A stretch of DNA of 31,595 nt from an uncultured archaeon (GCA_964493715.1 CAZBPC010000034.1:1-31595), one strand, 5' to 3'; shown: positions 17,848 to 27,978, counted from the first letter of the stretch. The notes: generated from the letters alone by a model not told the origin. Made by a program: numbers and translations.

Positions 17848-19056
17848 TTATGAGTAAAGCCTAGATTCGTTTCTATTGCCCTTTACTTTAGACATCACTT
17901 TATCAACAGCATCAATGAAATCAATTTCACAAATTGCTTCAGCTTCTTTTCGAATTGCAAACATTCCAGCTTCTGTACATATCGCTTTAATGTCAGCACC
18001 AGTAGCGCCTTCAGTTAAATCTACGAGCTTTTTTATATTAATATTTTCACTTATAGTGAGAGATCTAGTATGAATTTTGAAAATTGAAAAACGTGCCGCC
18101 TCATCCGGTATTGGAAAGTCGATCATCCGATCAAACCTGCCGGGTCTCAATAAAGCGGGATCTAAAATATCTACTCTATTCGTTGCGCCAATAATTTTTA
18201 CATCTCCACGTTGTTCAAAACCATCTAGTTCACTTAATAATTGCATCAACGTCCTTTGAACTTCACGATCCCCTGATGTTGCAATTTTTAGTCGTTGAGA
18301 CCCAATTGCATCTAATTCATCAATAAATAAAATCGTGGGGGCTTTTTGTTTAGCCATATTAAAGATTTCTCTAACTAATCTAGCACCTTCTCCAATGAAT
18401 TTTTGAACTAATTCGGATCCGATAATTCTAATAAAAGTTGCTTCTGTTTCGTGAGCTATAGCCTTTGCAACTAAAGTTTTACCCGTACCAGGGGGACCAT
18501 ATAATAATACACCCTTTGGAGGTTCAATTCCAACTTTCTCAAATAAATCAGGTCGTTTTAATGGTAATTCAACAGTTTCTCTGACTTCTTGAAGTTGATC
18601 TGTCAAACCTCCAATATCTTGATAAGATAAATCAGGGATAGAATCAATAACTTCCATACCCTTAACAAATGGATCCAATTTTAAAGGCAATATTTCCATA
18701 ATTGCAAAAGTTCTTTGATTTAGTGCAACTCTCATTCCTGGAGTTAATTTTTCATTTTTTACTTTCCGACTTGCATTTACAACGAAACTGGGGCCCGTAG
18801 AACTTTTGACAATAATTTTACCATTATCATCAAGTAAATCAATAATGGTAGCAGAAACTAACGGAGGTTCTCTCAGTCTATCAATTTCGTTCCTTAAACC
18901 ATTCAGTTCTTGCTCTAATCTCATACGTTCTGCATCTAATAACTGTTTTTCAGTCTCTAAATTACGAAGTCTTTTTTCCAGATGCCTAGTATAGGTGATT
19001 AGATATTCTCCATCCTTAGTTTCCTCTCTTTTCTTTTTTTCTTTAGTAACAGTCAA
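17848..19056 (-). CDS. pan: Proteasome-activating nucleotidase
   Basis: N-terminal coiled coil and OB domain, DIGGL, GPPGTGKT, FIDELD, DREVQRTLMQLL, RPGRFDR; HbYX-type C-terminus LYS; TTG start. Confidence 0.96.
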   Translation of the reverse strand: MTVTKEKKKREETKDGEYLITYTRHLEKRLRNLETEKQLLDAERMRLEQELNGLRNEIDRLREPPLVSATIIDLLDDNGKIIVKSSTGPSFVVNASRKVKNEKLTPGMRVALNQRTFAIMEILPLKLDPFVKGMEVIDSIPDLSYQDIGGLTDQLQEVRETVELPLKRPDLFEKVGIEPPKGVLLYGPPGTGKTLVAKAIAHETEATFIRIIGSELVQKFIGEGARLVREIFNMAKQKAPTILFIDELDAIGSQRLKIATSGDREVQRTLMQLLSELDGFEQRGDVKIIGATNRVDILDPALLRPGRFDRMIDFPIPDEAARFSIFKIHTRSLTISENINIKKLVDLTEGATGADIKAICTEAGMFAIRKEAEAICEIDFIDAVDKVMSKVKGNRNESRLYS

Positions 19057-19290
19057 ATAATATTAACCCCTAGCATGTGTTGTAATTTTATTAAAGTTAT
19101 TTTAATAATAAACTTTTATTCATTTAAATTTAAGGGCTTCTCTAAATATCAACAAAGGGAGATATCTAAAAAATTTATAGGTTATATTTTATAATGAATT
19201 TTGCTTTAGAACCGAAAAATATAAGTGTTGTTTTAGCGATTTTATAATTATATTCACATCCTTTATTATTTTTGGACAAGAGGTAAGTAT

Positions 19291-19824
19291 ATGAGCAGCA
19301 AAAGAACAAACGACATAGAAAAGGAGTGTCAGATTTGTGGGGGTTTAATCTGGGGTAGAGGTGTTAAAGTAATAATAGAGGGAGCAAAAATAACGGTTTG
19401 CCAAAACTGTGCACAACACGGAAAAAAGATAGTAAAAAAAACGCCTGCTATACCCCAACGAAAAGTAGAACCTTATAATAAAACAACTAAATCAAAACCT
19501 ATAAAATCTCGAATTGAACCTCAATCAGAACTTGAAATTGTTGTAGATTATACTACAAAAATAAGAGAAGTTAGACAATCAATGGGATTAAATCAAGATC
19601 AATTCGCACAAAAATTGAATGAAAAACCCTCATTACTTAAAAGGATCGAAACGGGGAAAGCAAAACCTTCCATCAAATTAGCTAAAAAAATAGAGAAAGT
19701 ATATGGAATTAAATTAATTACAAAATCAGAGACTATTGACACATCTGCTCAAGTAAGTAAATATATGAAAAAATCTTCAGGGACATCTTTAGGAGATATA
19801 GCATTTGTAAAAAAGAAAAAATAG
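19291..19824 (+). CDS. mbf1: Archaeal multiprotein bridging factor 1
   Basis: N-terminal zinc ribbon (CQIC...CQNC), C-terminal HTH and TSLGDI motif; next to pan. Confidence 0.93.
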   Translation: MSSKRTNDIEKECQICGGLIWGRGVKVIIEGAKITVCQNCAQHGKKIVKKTPAIPQRKVEPYNKTTKSKPIKSRIEPQSELEIVVDYTTKIREVRQSMGLNQDQFAQKLNEKPSLLKRIETGKAKPSIKLAKKIEKVYGIKLITKSETIDTSAQVSKYMKKSSGTSLGDIAFVKKKK

Positions 19825-19830
19825 GCTAAA

Positions 19831-20421
19831 TTAAAGATCTTTAGTTATTTTAATTTTTTGATTTAAAGTAATTTTCTCCTTTAAGAATTGTATAATTTCT
19901 TGATTATTTTGTGCTTCTAAAGGACCACCACATTCGGGACAACTAAAATTAAATTCAAAAGCTTGTTCAAAAACATATTTTACGTTTTGATCATCACAAT
20001 TTTTACATATAAAAAAATAATTTTCTTCTTCATACTGGAGTCGTTCTCGCAGTTTTCTTTCGTTCAATTTTTTCTTTTCCCTTAAAATTTCTTCTATCCT
20101 CTCAAACTCGTGCCACCAATAATATATAAACCAACCAGTAGATTTATCGCGAATTCTTCTAAATTGAGCTAATTTTTCGCTGTATAATTTATATAAAGTC
20201 TTGCGGACTGTATTCAATTTCAAGATTTCATTATCATCTGGTTCAAAATCTACATCACTACCGTTATCTTCTAATCTTTGCTTGATGTTTTCAGTTATAT
20301 CTTCATCTGTGATATCTTTATTCTCAGAATTTAGGAGTTCAATACCTACTTCAACCGCTACATCTCCTCCTATGATATATAGAAACGAGCTCAATAGAGG
20401 ATTCAATTCTTTTTCAGACAT
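19831..20421 (-). CDS. tfe: Transcription factor E alpha subunit
   Basis: TDEDI, LNTVRKTLYKLY, RDKSTGWFIYYW and CxxC...FSCPECG motifs. Confidence 0.94.
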   Translation of the reverse strand: MSEKELNPLLSSFLYIIGGDVAVEVGIELLNSENKDITDEDITENIKQRLEDNGSDVDFEPDDNEILKLNTVRKTLYKLYSEKLAQFRRIRDKSTGWFIYYWWHEFERIEEILREKKKLNERKLRERLQYEEENYFFICKNCDDQNVKYVFEQAFEFNFSCPECGGPLEAQNNQEIIQFLKEKITLNQKIKITKDL

Positions 20422-20495
20422 TATTTCCTTTTTTGTATTTCTTTTTATTTCACTATTATGTGAATATTTCTTAAAAATTAAATTTTCGGGTTATA

Positions 20496-21278
20496 TTAAG
20501 CTATAAAATCATATTGCTTTTCATAAACTTCTTGGTCTATCTCAACTGAGCGCGTCATCTTACCCTTCCTTATTGCATAAATTCGCATTAAACGAGAATC
20601 TTTTAAATCTTTTGGTGTTTCAATTTCAGTTATCTTATAATTATTTAAAATTGAAATCGATTTCCAACTGTTTGGTATTTCTGATTTGAAATCTGAAAGT
20701 GTTGATTCTAAAATAAATTCGATATTTTTCTTATTATTTGTTAAATAACCTGTAGAAAATTGAATTCGTTTGGTCAAATCATCATCTTCTGGGGTTTTTT
20801 TTGAAGGTTGAGGAATGTTCTTCTTTGTTGTTATTTTACAAGACGGATTAATATTAAATGATATAAGAAAATAGCTATTGGAGCGAAAGAATTTTAACCC
20901 CTCTAATAATTGATCTTTTGTTACGGTATCTAATATATCTGATTTATAATTCTTGGTTTGCCCAGTAGATTTTTTTAACTTCCATTCAAAACCTAATTTA
21001 GAAAGGTCTTTACTAATATCACCTCCTGTGATTAAACTTCCCTTAATTTCAAATTTTCCAATATCATCTTCGATTGAATTCACTACCGATTCTAATATTA
21101 GATCCTCATATTCATGGGTTCCTTTAAGAGTAATCTTGCTACTTGTAGTATTAATTTTTAATGCTGGTCCGAGGAAATCCCCCCGTGAATATCTATTGAA
21201 ATGTCTATGAATATCCATATGCTTTTGAGCAGGGGCTTCTAAATTAGGGTTTTCTATAAGCTTCTTCAAATAATGCAT
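20496..21278 (-). CDS. Hypothetical soluble protein upstream of tfe
   Basis: 260-aa ORF with normal composition; no motif recognised. Confidence 0.8.
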   Translation of the reverse strand: MHYLKKLIENPNLEAPAQKHMDIHRHFNRYSRGDFLGPALKINTTSSKITLKGTHEYEDLILESVVNSIEDDIGKFEIKGSLITGGDISKDLSKLGFEWKLKKSTGQTKNYKSDILDTVTKDQLLEGLKFFRSNSYFLISFNINPSCKITTKKNIPQPSKKTPEDDDLTKRIQFSTGYLTNNKKNIEFILESTLSDFKSEIPNSWKSISILNNYKITEIETPKDLKDSRLMRIYAIRKGKMTRSVEIDQEVYEKQYDFIA

Positions 21279-21490
21279 ATAACAATCTCTTTATTAACAA
21301 GTAAATTAAATATAAATTAACAAGTTCTCATTCCTTTAAACTTTAATCATTTATGCTTTTTAATATATCCATACTTAATAGCTTTGAGCAATTAAAGTTG
21401 CTTTATTATGCCATTCTTCAGAATTAATAAACTACTATATTAATAAACTTAAAAAAAAATAAAACGTTAAATTACTATAATCATAACAAT

Positions 21491-21733
21491 TTGAGTCTAT
21501 TTATAATGATTATAAGTTTAATGCAAATTAATGGATTTGAAATACCTTCAATAACATTGTGGGTCTTAGCGTGGATCTTTTTACTGATCGGAATTTTTTC
21601 TGTAGTCTTACTAATCCTTTACACAAAATATGGCAGAGAATTATCAATGAAATTAACTATGATATCAATTGTGTTTTCTTCAGTCTTTCTCGGATTTGCA
21701 ACTCACTTTTTCCTAACTAGCTTTGGAATGTAA
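21491..21733 (+). CDS. Small 2-TM membrane protein (start may be ATG 21506)
   Basis: Two hydrophobic helices separated by TKYGRE. Confidence 0.7.
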   Translation: MSLFIMIISLMQINGFEIPSITLWVLAWIFLLIGIFSVVLLILYTKYGRELSMKLTMISIVFSSVFLGFATHFFLTSFGM

Positions 21734-21831
21734 ATAATTAAATTTAAAAAAAGAGTTAAAATTTAAAAAAGAGGATACGTAAATACTCTCAAATTAAAAT
21801 ATAATACAAATATATAAAAGAGTGAAAAGTA

Positions 21832-22251
21832 ATGATATTTCAAGGCGAACAAACACTTTTTTTTGTTTTATGGCTAATAATTGCAACTATAGTTGTAGCG
21901 TTGATCATCTACATAGCGGTATTACTAATTACGTCCAAAACTAAAGCTTCTGATAAAAGATTTTTGATAATTCTCTTAGCTTTCATCTGTGTCTTAATTT
22001 TACCGATAGTTCTGGGGGCAATAAATAGCGTTTTAGGCGTTATAGGTAATTTAATCGCATTCAGTGGTTCAAATTATCTAACTCAATTAACGCCTATTAT
22101 TGGATTCCTAATCATCTTAATCCTAGTAAAATTTTTCATAGATATTACATGGGATCATGCAGTATGGATTTCTTTAACTACGTTATTCTTCTTGTTCCTT
22201 CTATATACAATGATACCCGGTCTTTATTCATTTCTAGGATTTGGAATTTAA
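21832..22251 (+). CDS. 4-TM membrane protein, hypothetical
   Basis: Four hydrophobic segments; GAGTGA upstream of the ATG. Confidence 0.8.
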   Translation: MIFQGEQTLFFVLWLIIATIVVALIIYIAVLLITSKTKASDKRFLIILLAFICVLILPIVLGAINSVLGVIGNLIAFSGSNYLTQLTPIIGFLIILILVKFFIDITWDHAVWISLTTLFFLFLLYTMIPGLYSFLGFGI

Positions 22252-22323
22252 TTTATTTTGAAGAATTGAATCTGGAATCTGAATATTAAAATAATAAAAT
22301 AAAGTAATTTATTTGAAAATAAA

Positions 22324-25300
22324 TTAAATTTTTTCCTTTAATTTTAAACGTGGTGCTAACCCTAATGACATCATTTCTTGTAACAATAGCTTAAATGCAT
22401 ATGAACACACAACCTTAGAAATAATGGTTCCTTCACCACACACGGGACAATAACGTTTATCTCGGTTTCGATCATATACCGCTAACAATCCACATTTTTC
22501 ACAGACTAATATTACAGTTCTATCAGATTCATCTAACAGTCGCTCTTTTAATAGCAAGGCAGAACCGTGTCCTACTAAACAATCTCGCTCCATTTCTCCA
22601 AACCTTAATCCTCCTTCTCTTGCTCTACCTTCTGTAGGTTGTCTCGTCAGAATCTGGACTGGACCACGTGCTCTAGCATGAAGTTTATCAGCAACCAGAT
22701 GATAAAGTTTCTGGTAGTAAATTGGAGTACAATATATTCCTGCTTCATACCTTTCTCCAGTAATTCCGTTGTACATTATTTCTCGCCCATTAAATTCGAA
22801 CCCAGCTTGTACTAGTTGTTCTTGAAGTTTAGTTATATCTTTCCATTCAAAAGCGGTTGCATCTCCTAATTCTCCCGTAGCACAAGCGATCTTTCCACTA
22901 ATTCCTTCGAAAAGTTGACCTAATGTCATCCTTGATGGCATAGCATGTGGATTGACAATAATATCCGGAATCACACCATTAGAAGTAAAAGGCATGTCTT
23001 CTTGAGGTTGAACTAATCCAAGCACACCTTTTTGACCATGGCGCGACGAAAATTTGTCTCCTAATTCAGGTATTCTTAGATCCCTTACTTTAATTTTAAC
23101 TAATTTATTTCCATCAACAGTTTCGGAGATGATTACCGTATCAACTATTCCTTGTTCGTTATGTCTCATATTTTTTGAAGTTTCACGTCGATTAGGTTGC
23201 ATTAATTCAAATTCTTCATATGATTTAATAAATCTTGGAGGAGAAGTTCTACCTATGAGTACATCACCTCCATTTACGGTTGTTTCGGGCTCAATAATTC
23301 CATCTTCCTCTGATAGTAAACGATAAGACTCAGCAGATTTGAAACCTCTCACACCTCGTTCTGGAATCTCAAATTTATCAACTTCTCCTCCCGGATATTT
23401 TCTTTCTTCAGCATCGTAGGTTCGGAAAAAATGACTTCTGGCGAGACCCCTTTCAATTGAAGCCTTATTGATTACAATAGCATCTTCTATGTTATAACCC
23501 TCGAAACTCATCATTGCTATAATGAAGTTCTGTCCTGAAGGACGTTTATTAATCCCTATTATCTCCATTGGACTTGTTTTTACTAATGCCTGTTGTGGAT
23601 AATGTAGGGTATGTCCACGAGTGTCTAATCTTAAATGCATGTTTGCCGCAAACAAACCTAAAGCTTGTTTAACCATTCCTGCTTCATAGGTATTCCTAGG
23701 TGATTGATTATGTTCCGGGAAGGGAATAATTGAGGCACAGATACCTAATATCGCTGCTGGTGAAATTTCTAAATGAGTGTGTTCACTAGAAATATCCTCC
23801 TCAAACATTGCTATATATGCATTTTCTTCTTCTTCAGCATCTAAATATTCGATTAATCCTTTTTGAATCAGATCTGACCAAACATACTTTCCTTGTTTTA
23901 ACTTATCGATATCTTCTTTTGTAATCAATAATTTTTTATTTTTGATAACAAAAAGTGGCCTGGTTGCTCTTCCAGCGTCACAATTAATTTGAATCTCTTT
24001 TGAATCAATGTAAAAACCGATGTTAACATGTTGACTTATTTCACCTTTTCTTCGTTTTTCTCGTAATTGGCGAATAAATGGATTGTATTGTTGGTGAATT
24101 CCTACAAGTTTACCATTCAAGAAGACTTTAGATTTATCACCTTTAACGTTTTTCACTTCATTTATTGGAATAACTCCTAAATCGATAATTATATTTTCAA
24201 TTATCCTTTCATCTGCCCCCACCGATATTATTGAAGCTAAACCTAAATTTTTAACCAATCCACAATTAGGGCCTTCAGGAGTTTCTGCTGGACAAATTTT
24301 TCCCCATTGAGTTGGATGTAAATCACGAGCTTCAAAATGAGGCTGACTACGACTTAATGGTGAAATCACTCTTCTTAAATGGCTTAATGTTCCCACATGG
24401 TTTGTTCGATTTAGTAATTGGCTAACACCTGCCTTCCCTCCGACCCAATTGCCGGTTGCTAAAGCATGTCTAATACGCTCCGTTATTACATCTGCGCGAA
24501 CTGCAGTTTTAATATTTGGTGCTCTTCCTCGAACTGCTGTTCGCTCCAACTGATATTTGATATCTTTTACTAAATTAAGAAAAGCAACCCTAAATAAAGA
24601 TGTAAACAACTCTCCTGCTAGTTTCAATCGTTTGTTCGCATAATGATCTTTATCATCTGGTTCTCTGAGAATTAAAGCAAGCTCCATAACTTTTTGTGCC
24701 ATTTGTCCTAGATAATATGCTTTTTTAATCCGATCTTCTTCAGCATTACCAATATGAGGTAATAAGTATCTATCAAGAACTTGAAGAGCTCTTCTAATTC
24801 GATAATCTTTTGTTTGCCCGATAGCAACCCTTTTACCAATATAATCTAAAGCATTTTGTTGAGATTTTTCTGGGTCTTTTAAAACTTGGATTTCAGAAGC
24901 AACATCAATTACAGGAATTAACTCTTTCTGAATTTCATCATTTTCAGATATAGCCTGAAAAATTTCTCTATCAGAATGCAACCCTAAAGCCCTCATCAAA
25001 ATTGCGAGTGGAATTTTTCCTGGAACGGAAGGGAATGAAACTCTTAAATTTCCATCTTTTTTTCTTTCAATTGTTACAGGTGCTCGGAATCCACTTCTAG
25101 TTGAAAATACTTTAGCTTGATGAGTTGCGCTAGAACTTCTGCTTGCTTCTTCTGCTAAAATCCTGTTGGGTGCTAAATCTTCCTGAGTGACTAGAACGCG
25201 CTCTGTGCCGTTGATTATAAAGTAACCACCTGGATCAAGCGGATCTTCACCCCGATTAATCAGTTCTTGTTCTGTCAAGCTTTCAAGTGGACATCGACAA

Positions 25301-25695
25301 CTCTTTAACATTATTGGGATCTTTCCAATATAAATATCCAAGGTTTCTTCGGATTCTTCTCTTTGCGTCCTTTCATCAATAGTGATTGGGGTCATTTCGA
25401 GAGTTATATCGGCTGCATAGCTTAATTCCCTGATACGTGCTTCTATTGGAGTTATTTCCATTGTAGCTCCATCAGCTTCTCTAACCTTCGGAACTCCTAC
25501 ATTGATCTTTCCAAACTTTATTTTAAATCCTGGAATGTCAGGAACGACTTCACTAGATTCATCCACAATTGCTTGCATCTCATATTCGATGAAGTTGTTA
25601 TAAGAATCAAGATGTTGTCGCACTAAACCCTTTTCATCAAAAAGACTTTTTAAAACTGTCCATTTATCAATGTTAGATAATTTTTCAGTACTCAA
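22324..25695 (-). CDS. rpoB: DNA-directed RNA polymerase subunit B (Rpo2), unsplit
   Basis: GGYFIINGTERV, ETPEGPNCGLVK, GYNIEDA, GDKFSSRHGQKG, GGLRFGEMERDC and C-terminal Zn site; 1123 aa. Confidence 0.99.
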   Translation of the reverse strand: MSTEKLSNIDKWTVLKSLFDEKGLVRQHLDSYNNFIEYEMQAIVDESSEVVPDIPGFKIKFGKINVGVPKVREADGATMEITPIEARIRELSYAADITLEMTPITIDERTQREESEETLDIYIGKIPIMLKSCRCPLESLTEQELINRGEDPLDPGGYFIINGTERVLVTQEDLAPNRILAEEASRSSSATHQAKVFSTRSGFRAPVTIERKKDGNLRVSFPSVPGKIPLAILMRALGLHSDREIFQAISENDEIQKELIPVIDVASEIQVLKDPEKSQQNALDYIGKRVAIGQTKDYRIRRALQVLDRYLLPHIGNAEEDRIKKAYYLGQMAQKVMELALILREPDDKDHYANKRLKLAGELFTSLFRVAFLNLVKDIKYQLERTAVRGRAPNIKTAVRADVITERIRHALATGNWVGGKAGVSQLLNRTNHVGTLSHLRRVISPLSRSQPHFEARDLHPTQWGKICPAETPEGPNCGLVKNLGLASIISVGADERIIENIIIDLGVIPINEVKNVKGDKSKVFLNGKLVGIHQQYNPFIRQLREKRRKGEISQHVNIGFYIDSKEIQINCDAGRATRPLFVIKNKKLLITKEDIDKLKQGKYVWSDLIQKGLIEYLDAEEEENAYIAMFEEDISSEHTHLEISPAAILGICASIIPFPEHNQSPRNTYEAGMVKQALGLFAANMHLRLDTRGHTLHYPQQALVKTSPMEIIGINKRPSGQNFIIAMMSFEGYNIEDAIVINKASIERGLARSHFFRTYDAEERKYPGGEVDKFEIPERGVRGFKSAESYRLLSEEDGIIEPETTVNGGDVLIGRTSPPRFIKSYEEFELMQPNRRETSKNMRHNEQGIVDTVIISETVDGNKLVKIKVRDLRIPELGDKFSSRHGQKGVLGLVQPQEDMPFTSNGVIPDIIVNPHAMPSRMTLGQLFEGISGKIACATGELGDATAFEWKDITKLQEQLVQAGFEFNGREIMYNGITGERYEAGIYCTPIYYQKLYHLVADKLHARARGPVQILTRQPTEGRAREGGLRFGEMERDCLVGHGSALLLKERLLDESDRTVILVCEKCGLLAVYDRNRDKRYCPVCGEGTIISKVVCSYAFKLLLQEMMSLGLAPRLKLKEKI

Positions 25696-25734
25696 ATCTA
25701 TATACCTTATTCATTATTTATAATCAGAATGAAA

Positions 25735-25992
25735 TTATACTTTCTCTTTTTTAATAAAACGGTAATAATCTATTGATTTCACCGTAGTGTGAGACTGTCT
25801 CACTATTTTAATAACATCTCCCTCTTTTGCACCGATTGCTATTGCAACTGGGTCTTTATCAAACATTTGAGGTAGATCTGTCACGGTTATTTTAAATTTA
25901 TCTAATAGTTCTTTAGTTTCTTCCTTTGTTAAAAGATAATGTTTAGGAACAAGTTCATGGAGCAATACGTCAATCTTTTTCTTTTTAGTCAA
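25735..25992 (-). CDS. rpoH: DNA-directed RNA polymerase subunit H (Rpo5)
   Basis: HELVPKH, LPQM..DPVA, GDVIKIVR.S and YYR motifs; directly upstream of rpoB. Confidence 0.97.
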   Translation of the reverse strand: MTKKKKIDVLLHELVPKHYLLTKEETKELLDKFKITVTDLPQMFDKDPVAIAIGAKEGDVIKIVRQSHTTVKSIDYYRFIKKEKV

Positions 25993-26092
25993 AAGGAATC
26001 CTCATATCTCACGTAAGTATTAGATGAAGAAATATTGTATTTCTAAAAAATTTTACGTTATTCTTCGAAAATAAAAATAATTTCAAAAATAA

Positions 26093-26725
26093 TTAGATTT
26101 GATTATAATAAAATACCCAGTATCCACTTCGTTTGCATAAAATCTTAATATTATCATCTGAAAATCGGTCAACTAAATATTTATATACATATTCTGCCCC
26201 CATTTTCTTCTTAATTACAAATTGAAATGAACCATTTGGCTTTAAGTAATTAGGCAGGGTTCTAAAAAGATCTAGAAACTCTTTTCGACCTTTTCTGAGG
26301 GGGGGATTCATGTATATGGCATCAAACATTATTTTTACTTTTTCTATAGGGTTAAAATAATTCCCCGTATAAATTCGATAATTACTTTTAGTTTGTGTTA
26401 AATTTAATCGCAAATTTTCGCGGGTACACCAAATGGCACGTTTATTTACATCGATAAAATATACAGAACTAGAAGGTGATTCGTAAGCTAAAACAATTCC
26501 GATGATTCCATAACCACAACCTAAATCCAAAAATATACTTGGTATATCAGGGATCATCATATGTTCTACTAACACTTTGGTTCCTAAATCTAATTTTTTA
26601 TACGAAAAAACACCAGTGATAGTTTTAAACATATATAGATGTTTTCTTAAACTTACAGGAACGGTATGTATTTTCATAGAAACATCCGGAAAGGTCGTTG
26701 AGTAATCTTGATGATCATTTACCAT
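26093..26725 (-). CDS. Class I SAM-dependent methyltransferase (RsmC/MTS-like)
   Basis: GVFS...LDLGT, LDLGCGYGIIG, NPP and SGYWV motifs. Confidence 0.9.
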   Translation of the reverse strand: MVNDHQDYSTTFPDVSMKIHTVPVSLRKHLYMFKTITGVFSYKKLDLGTKVLVEHMMIPDIPSIFLDLGCGYGIIGIVLAYESPSSSVYFIDVNKRAIWCTRENLRLNLTQTKSNYRIYTGNYFNPIEKVKIMFDAIYMNPPLRKGRKEFLDLFRTLPNYLKPNGSFQFVIKKKMGAEYVYKYLVDRFSDDNIKILCKRSGYWVFYYNQI

Positions 26726-26737
26726 CTAAATATCACA

Positions 26738-27748
26738 TTAATTTGATTTCTTTTCTTTCCAGTGAGGATAAATTTTTCGATTCATAAAAATTTTATCAAT
26801 TTTTACCATTATCCCAGATTTTGCTTTATAGATTTTCATAGCATTGAATATAGATGTACCAAACCCAATTAATTCTTTTTTTAATGTCATTATAGCAACC
26901 TGCATACTTGGTTTAATACGAGCATCAATATAACAAATACCTGCTGCGGCAACATCTGCACCATGACAAATTGCATCAACTGCAGTATCCCTTAAATATA
27001 TTTTAGGAACGTGTGATACCATTTCTTCCATTGGAAGAATTATTTTACGAATATAGTATTCATCGCCTTCTTCTTGAAATATGTCCCAAGCATCCTTTAA
27101 ATTCTGGAGTGTCATTAAAGTGTTATCCTCTTGAAAATTACCCACTCGTGTTCTTCTAAGTTCTAACATATTTGCTCCAGTACATAAAGTTTCTCCTATA
27201 TCATAACATAATTTTCTAATATAAGTACCTGCTTCGCATCCCACCCGAAAAAGAACGTGTTGTTTATCGATTTCTAATATTTTATTATAATAAATCTCTC
27301 TTATTCTCATTTTTCGTACTACTGAGGATTTAAGCGGAGGTGTTTGGTAGATCTTCCCAGTGAACAATTTGAAAGCTTTTTCAATTTTTTTTGGATTCTC
27401 CAACGAATGGATATACAAGACTCCGATATATTCTTTTCCTGCAGATAATAAAGCTGACAAAACTCGAGTAGCACTACCAAGAGCGCAAGGCAAAATACCT
27501 GTTACTTTTGGATCAAGAGTTCCTCCATGACCAGCAATAGGAATATTTAGTATCTTACGAACCCAAGATACTACTTCATGGCTCGTTGGTCCACTTGGTT
27601 TATCTAGATTAATTATACCTAGTTGAAGTAATTCATTAATACTTCGTTTTTCTGGTATAATTCCATATTCTGGGTCTGTTATATCTTGTGATTTAATAAT
27701 TAATTGCTCTGGTTCATCAGAAGGGAGTTTCAACTCTGCTTTTATCAT
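26738..27748 (-). CDS. cbf5: H/ACA RNA-guided pseudouridine synthase Cbf5
   Basis: INLDKPSGPTSHEVV, GHGGTLDPKVTG, CEAGTYIRKLC and C-terminal PUA domain. Confidence 0.96.
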   Translation of the reverse strand: MIKAELKLPSDEPEQLIIKSQDITDPEYGIIPEKRSINELLQLGIINLDKPSGPTSHEVVSWVRKILNIPIAGHGGTLDPKVTGILPCALGSATRVLSALLSAGKEYIGVLYIHSLENPKKIEKAFKLFTGKIYQTPPLKSSVVRKMRIREIYYNKILEIDKQHVLFRVGCEAGTYIRKLCYDIGETLCTGANMLELRRTRVGNFQEDNTLMTLQNLKDAWDIFQEEGDEYYIRKIILPMEEMVSHVPKIYLRDTAVDAICHGADVAAAGICYIDARIKPSMQVAIMTLKKELIGFGTSIFNAMKIYKAKSGIMVKIDKIFMNRKIYPHWKEKKSN

Positions 27749-27874
27749 GACTTTGAAAAAAATGTAAAATTAAAGTTATATATTAAATTAAAGAATGTAA
27801 TTTATTTTAATTTATTATGAATACAGAAATTACTAAATTTAAATATAGTTTTTTAAAGTTTTGGAAAAATTTTA

Positions 27875-27978
27875 CGGGCCATGTGGGAATTTCGCACCCG
27901 ATCTGTTCGAACGAGCGAATCGAACCCACGACCTTCAGGTTAAAAGCCTGCCGCGCTACCTGCCTGCGCTAATGGCCC
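27875..27978 (-). tRNA. tRNA-Lys(TTT) with a 30-nt intron in the T-loop (59/60; intron 27889-27918)
   Basis: Acceptor GGGCCAT/ATGGCCC, D-stem GCGC/GCGC, anticodon loop CTTTTAA, T-stem GTGGG/CCCAC; intron forms a BHB motif; CCA not encoded. Confidence 0.93.

Noticed and set aside
21740-21773. Duplicated AAATTTAAAAAA(A)GAG
   Set aside because: Low-complexity, two copies only, not CRISPR-like.
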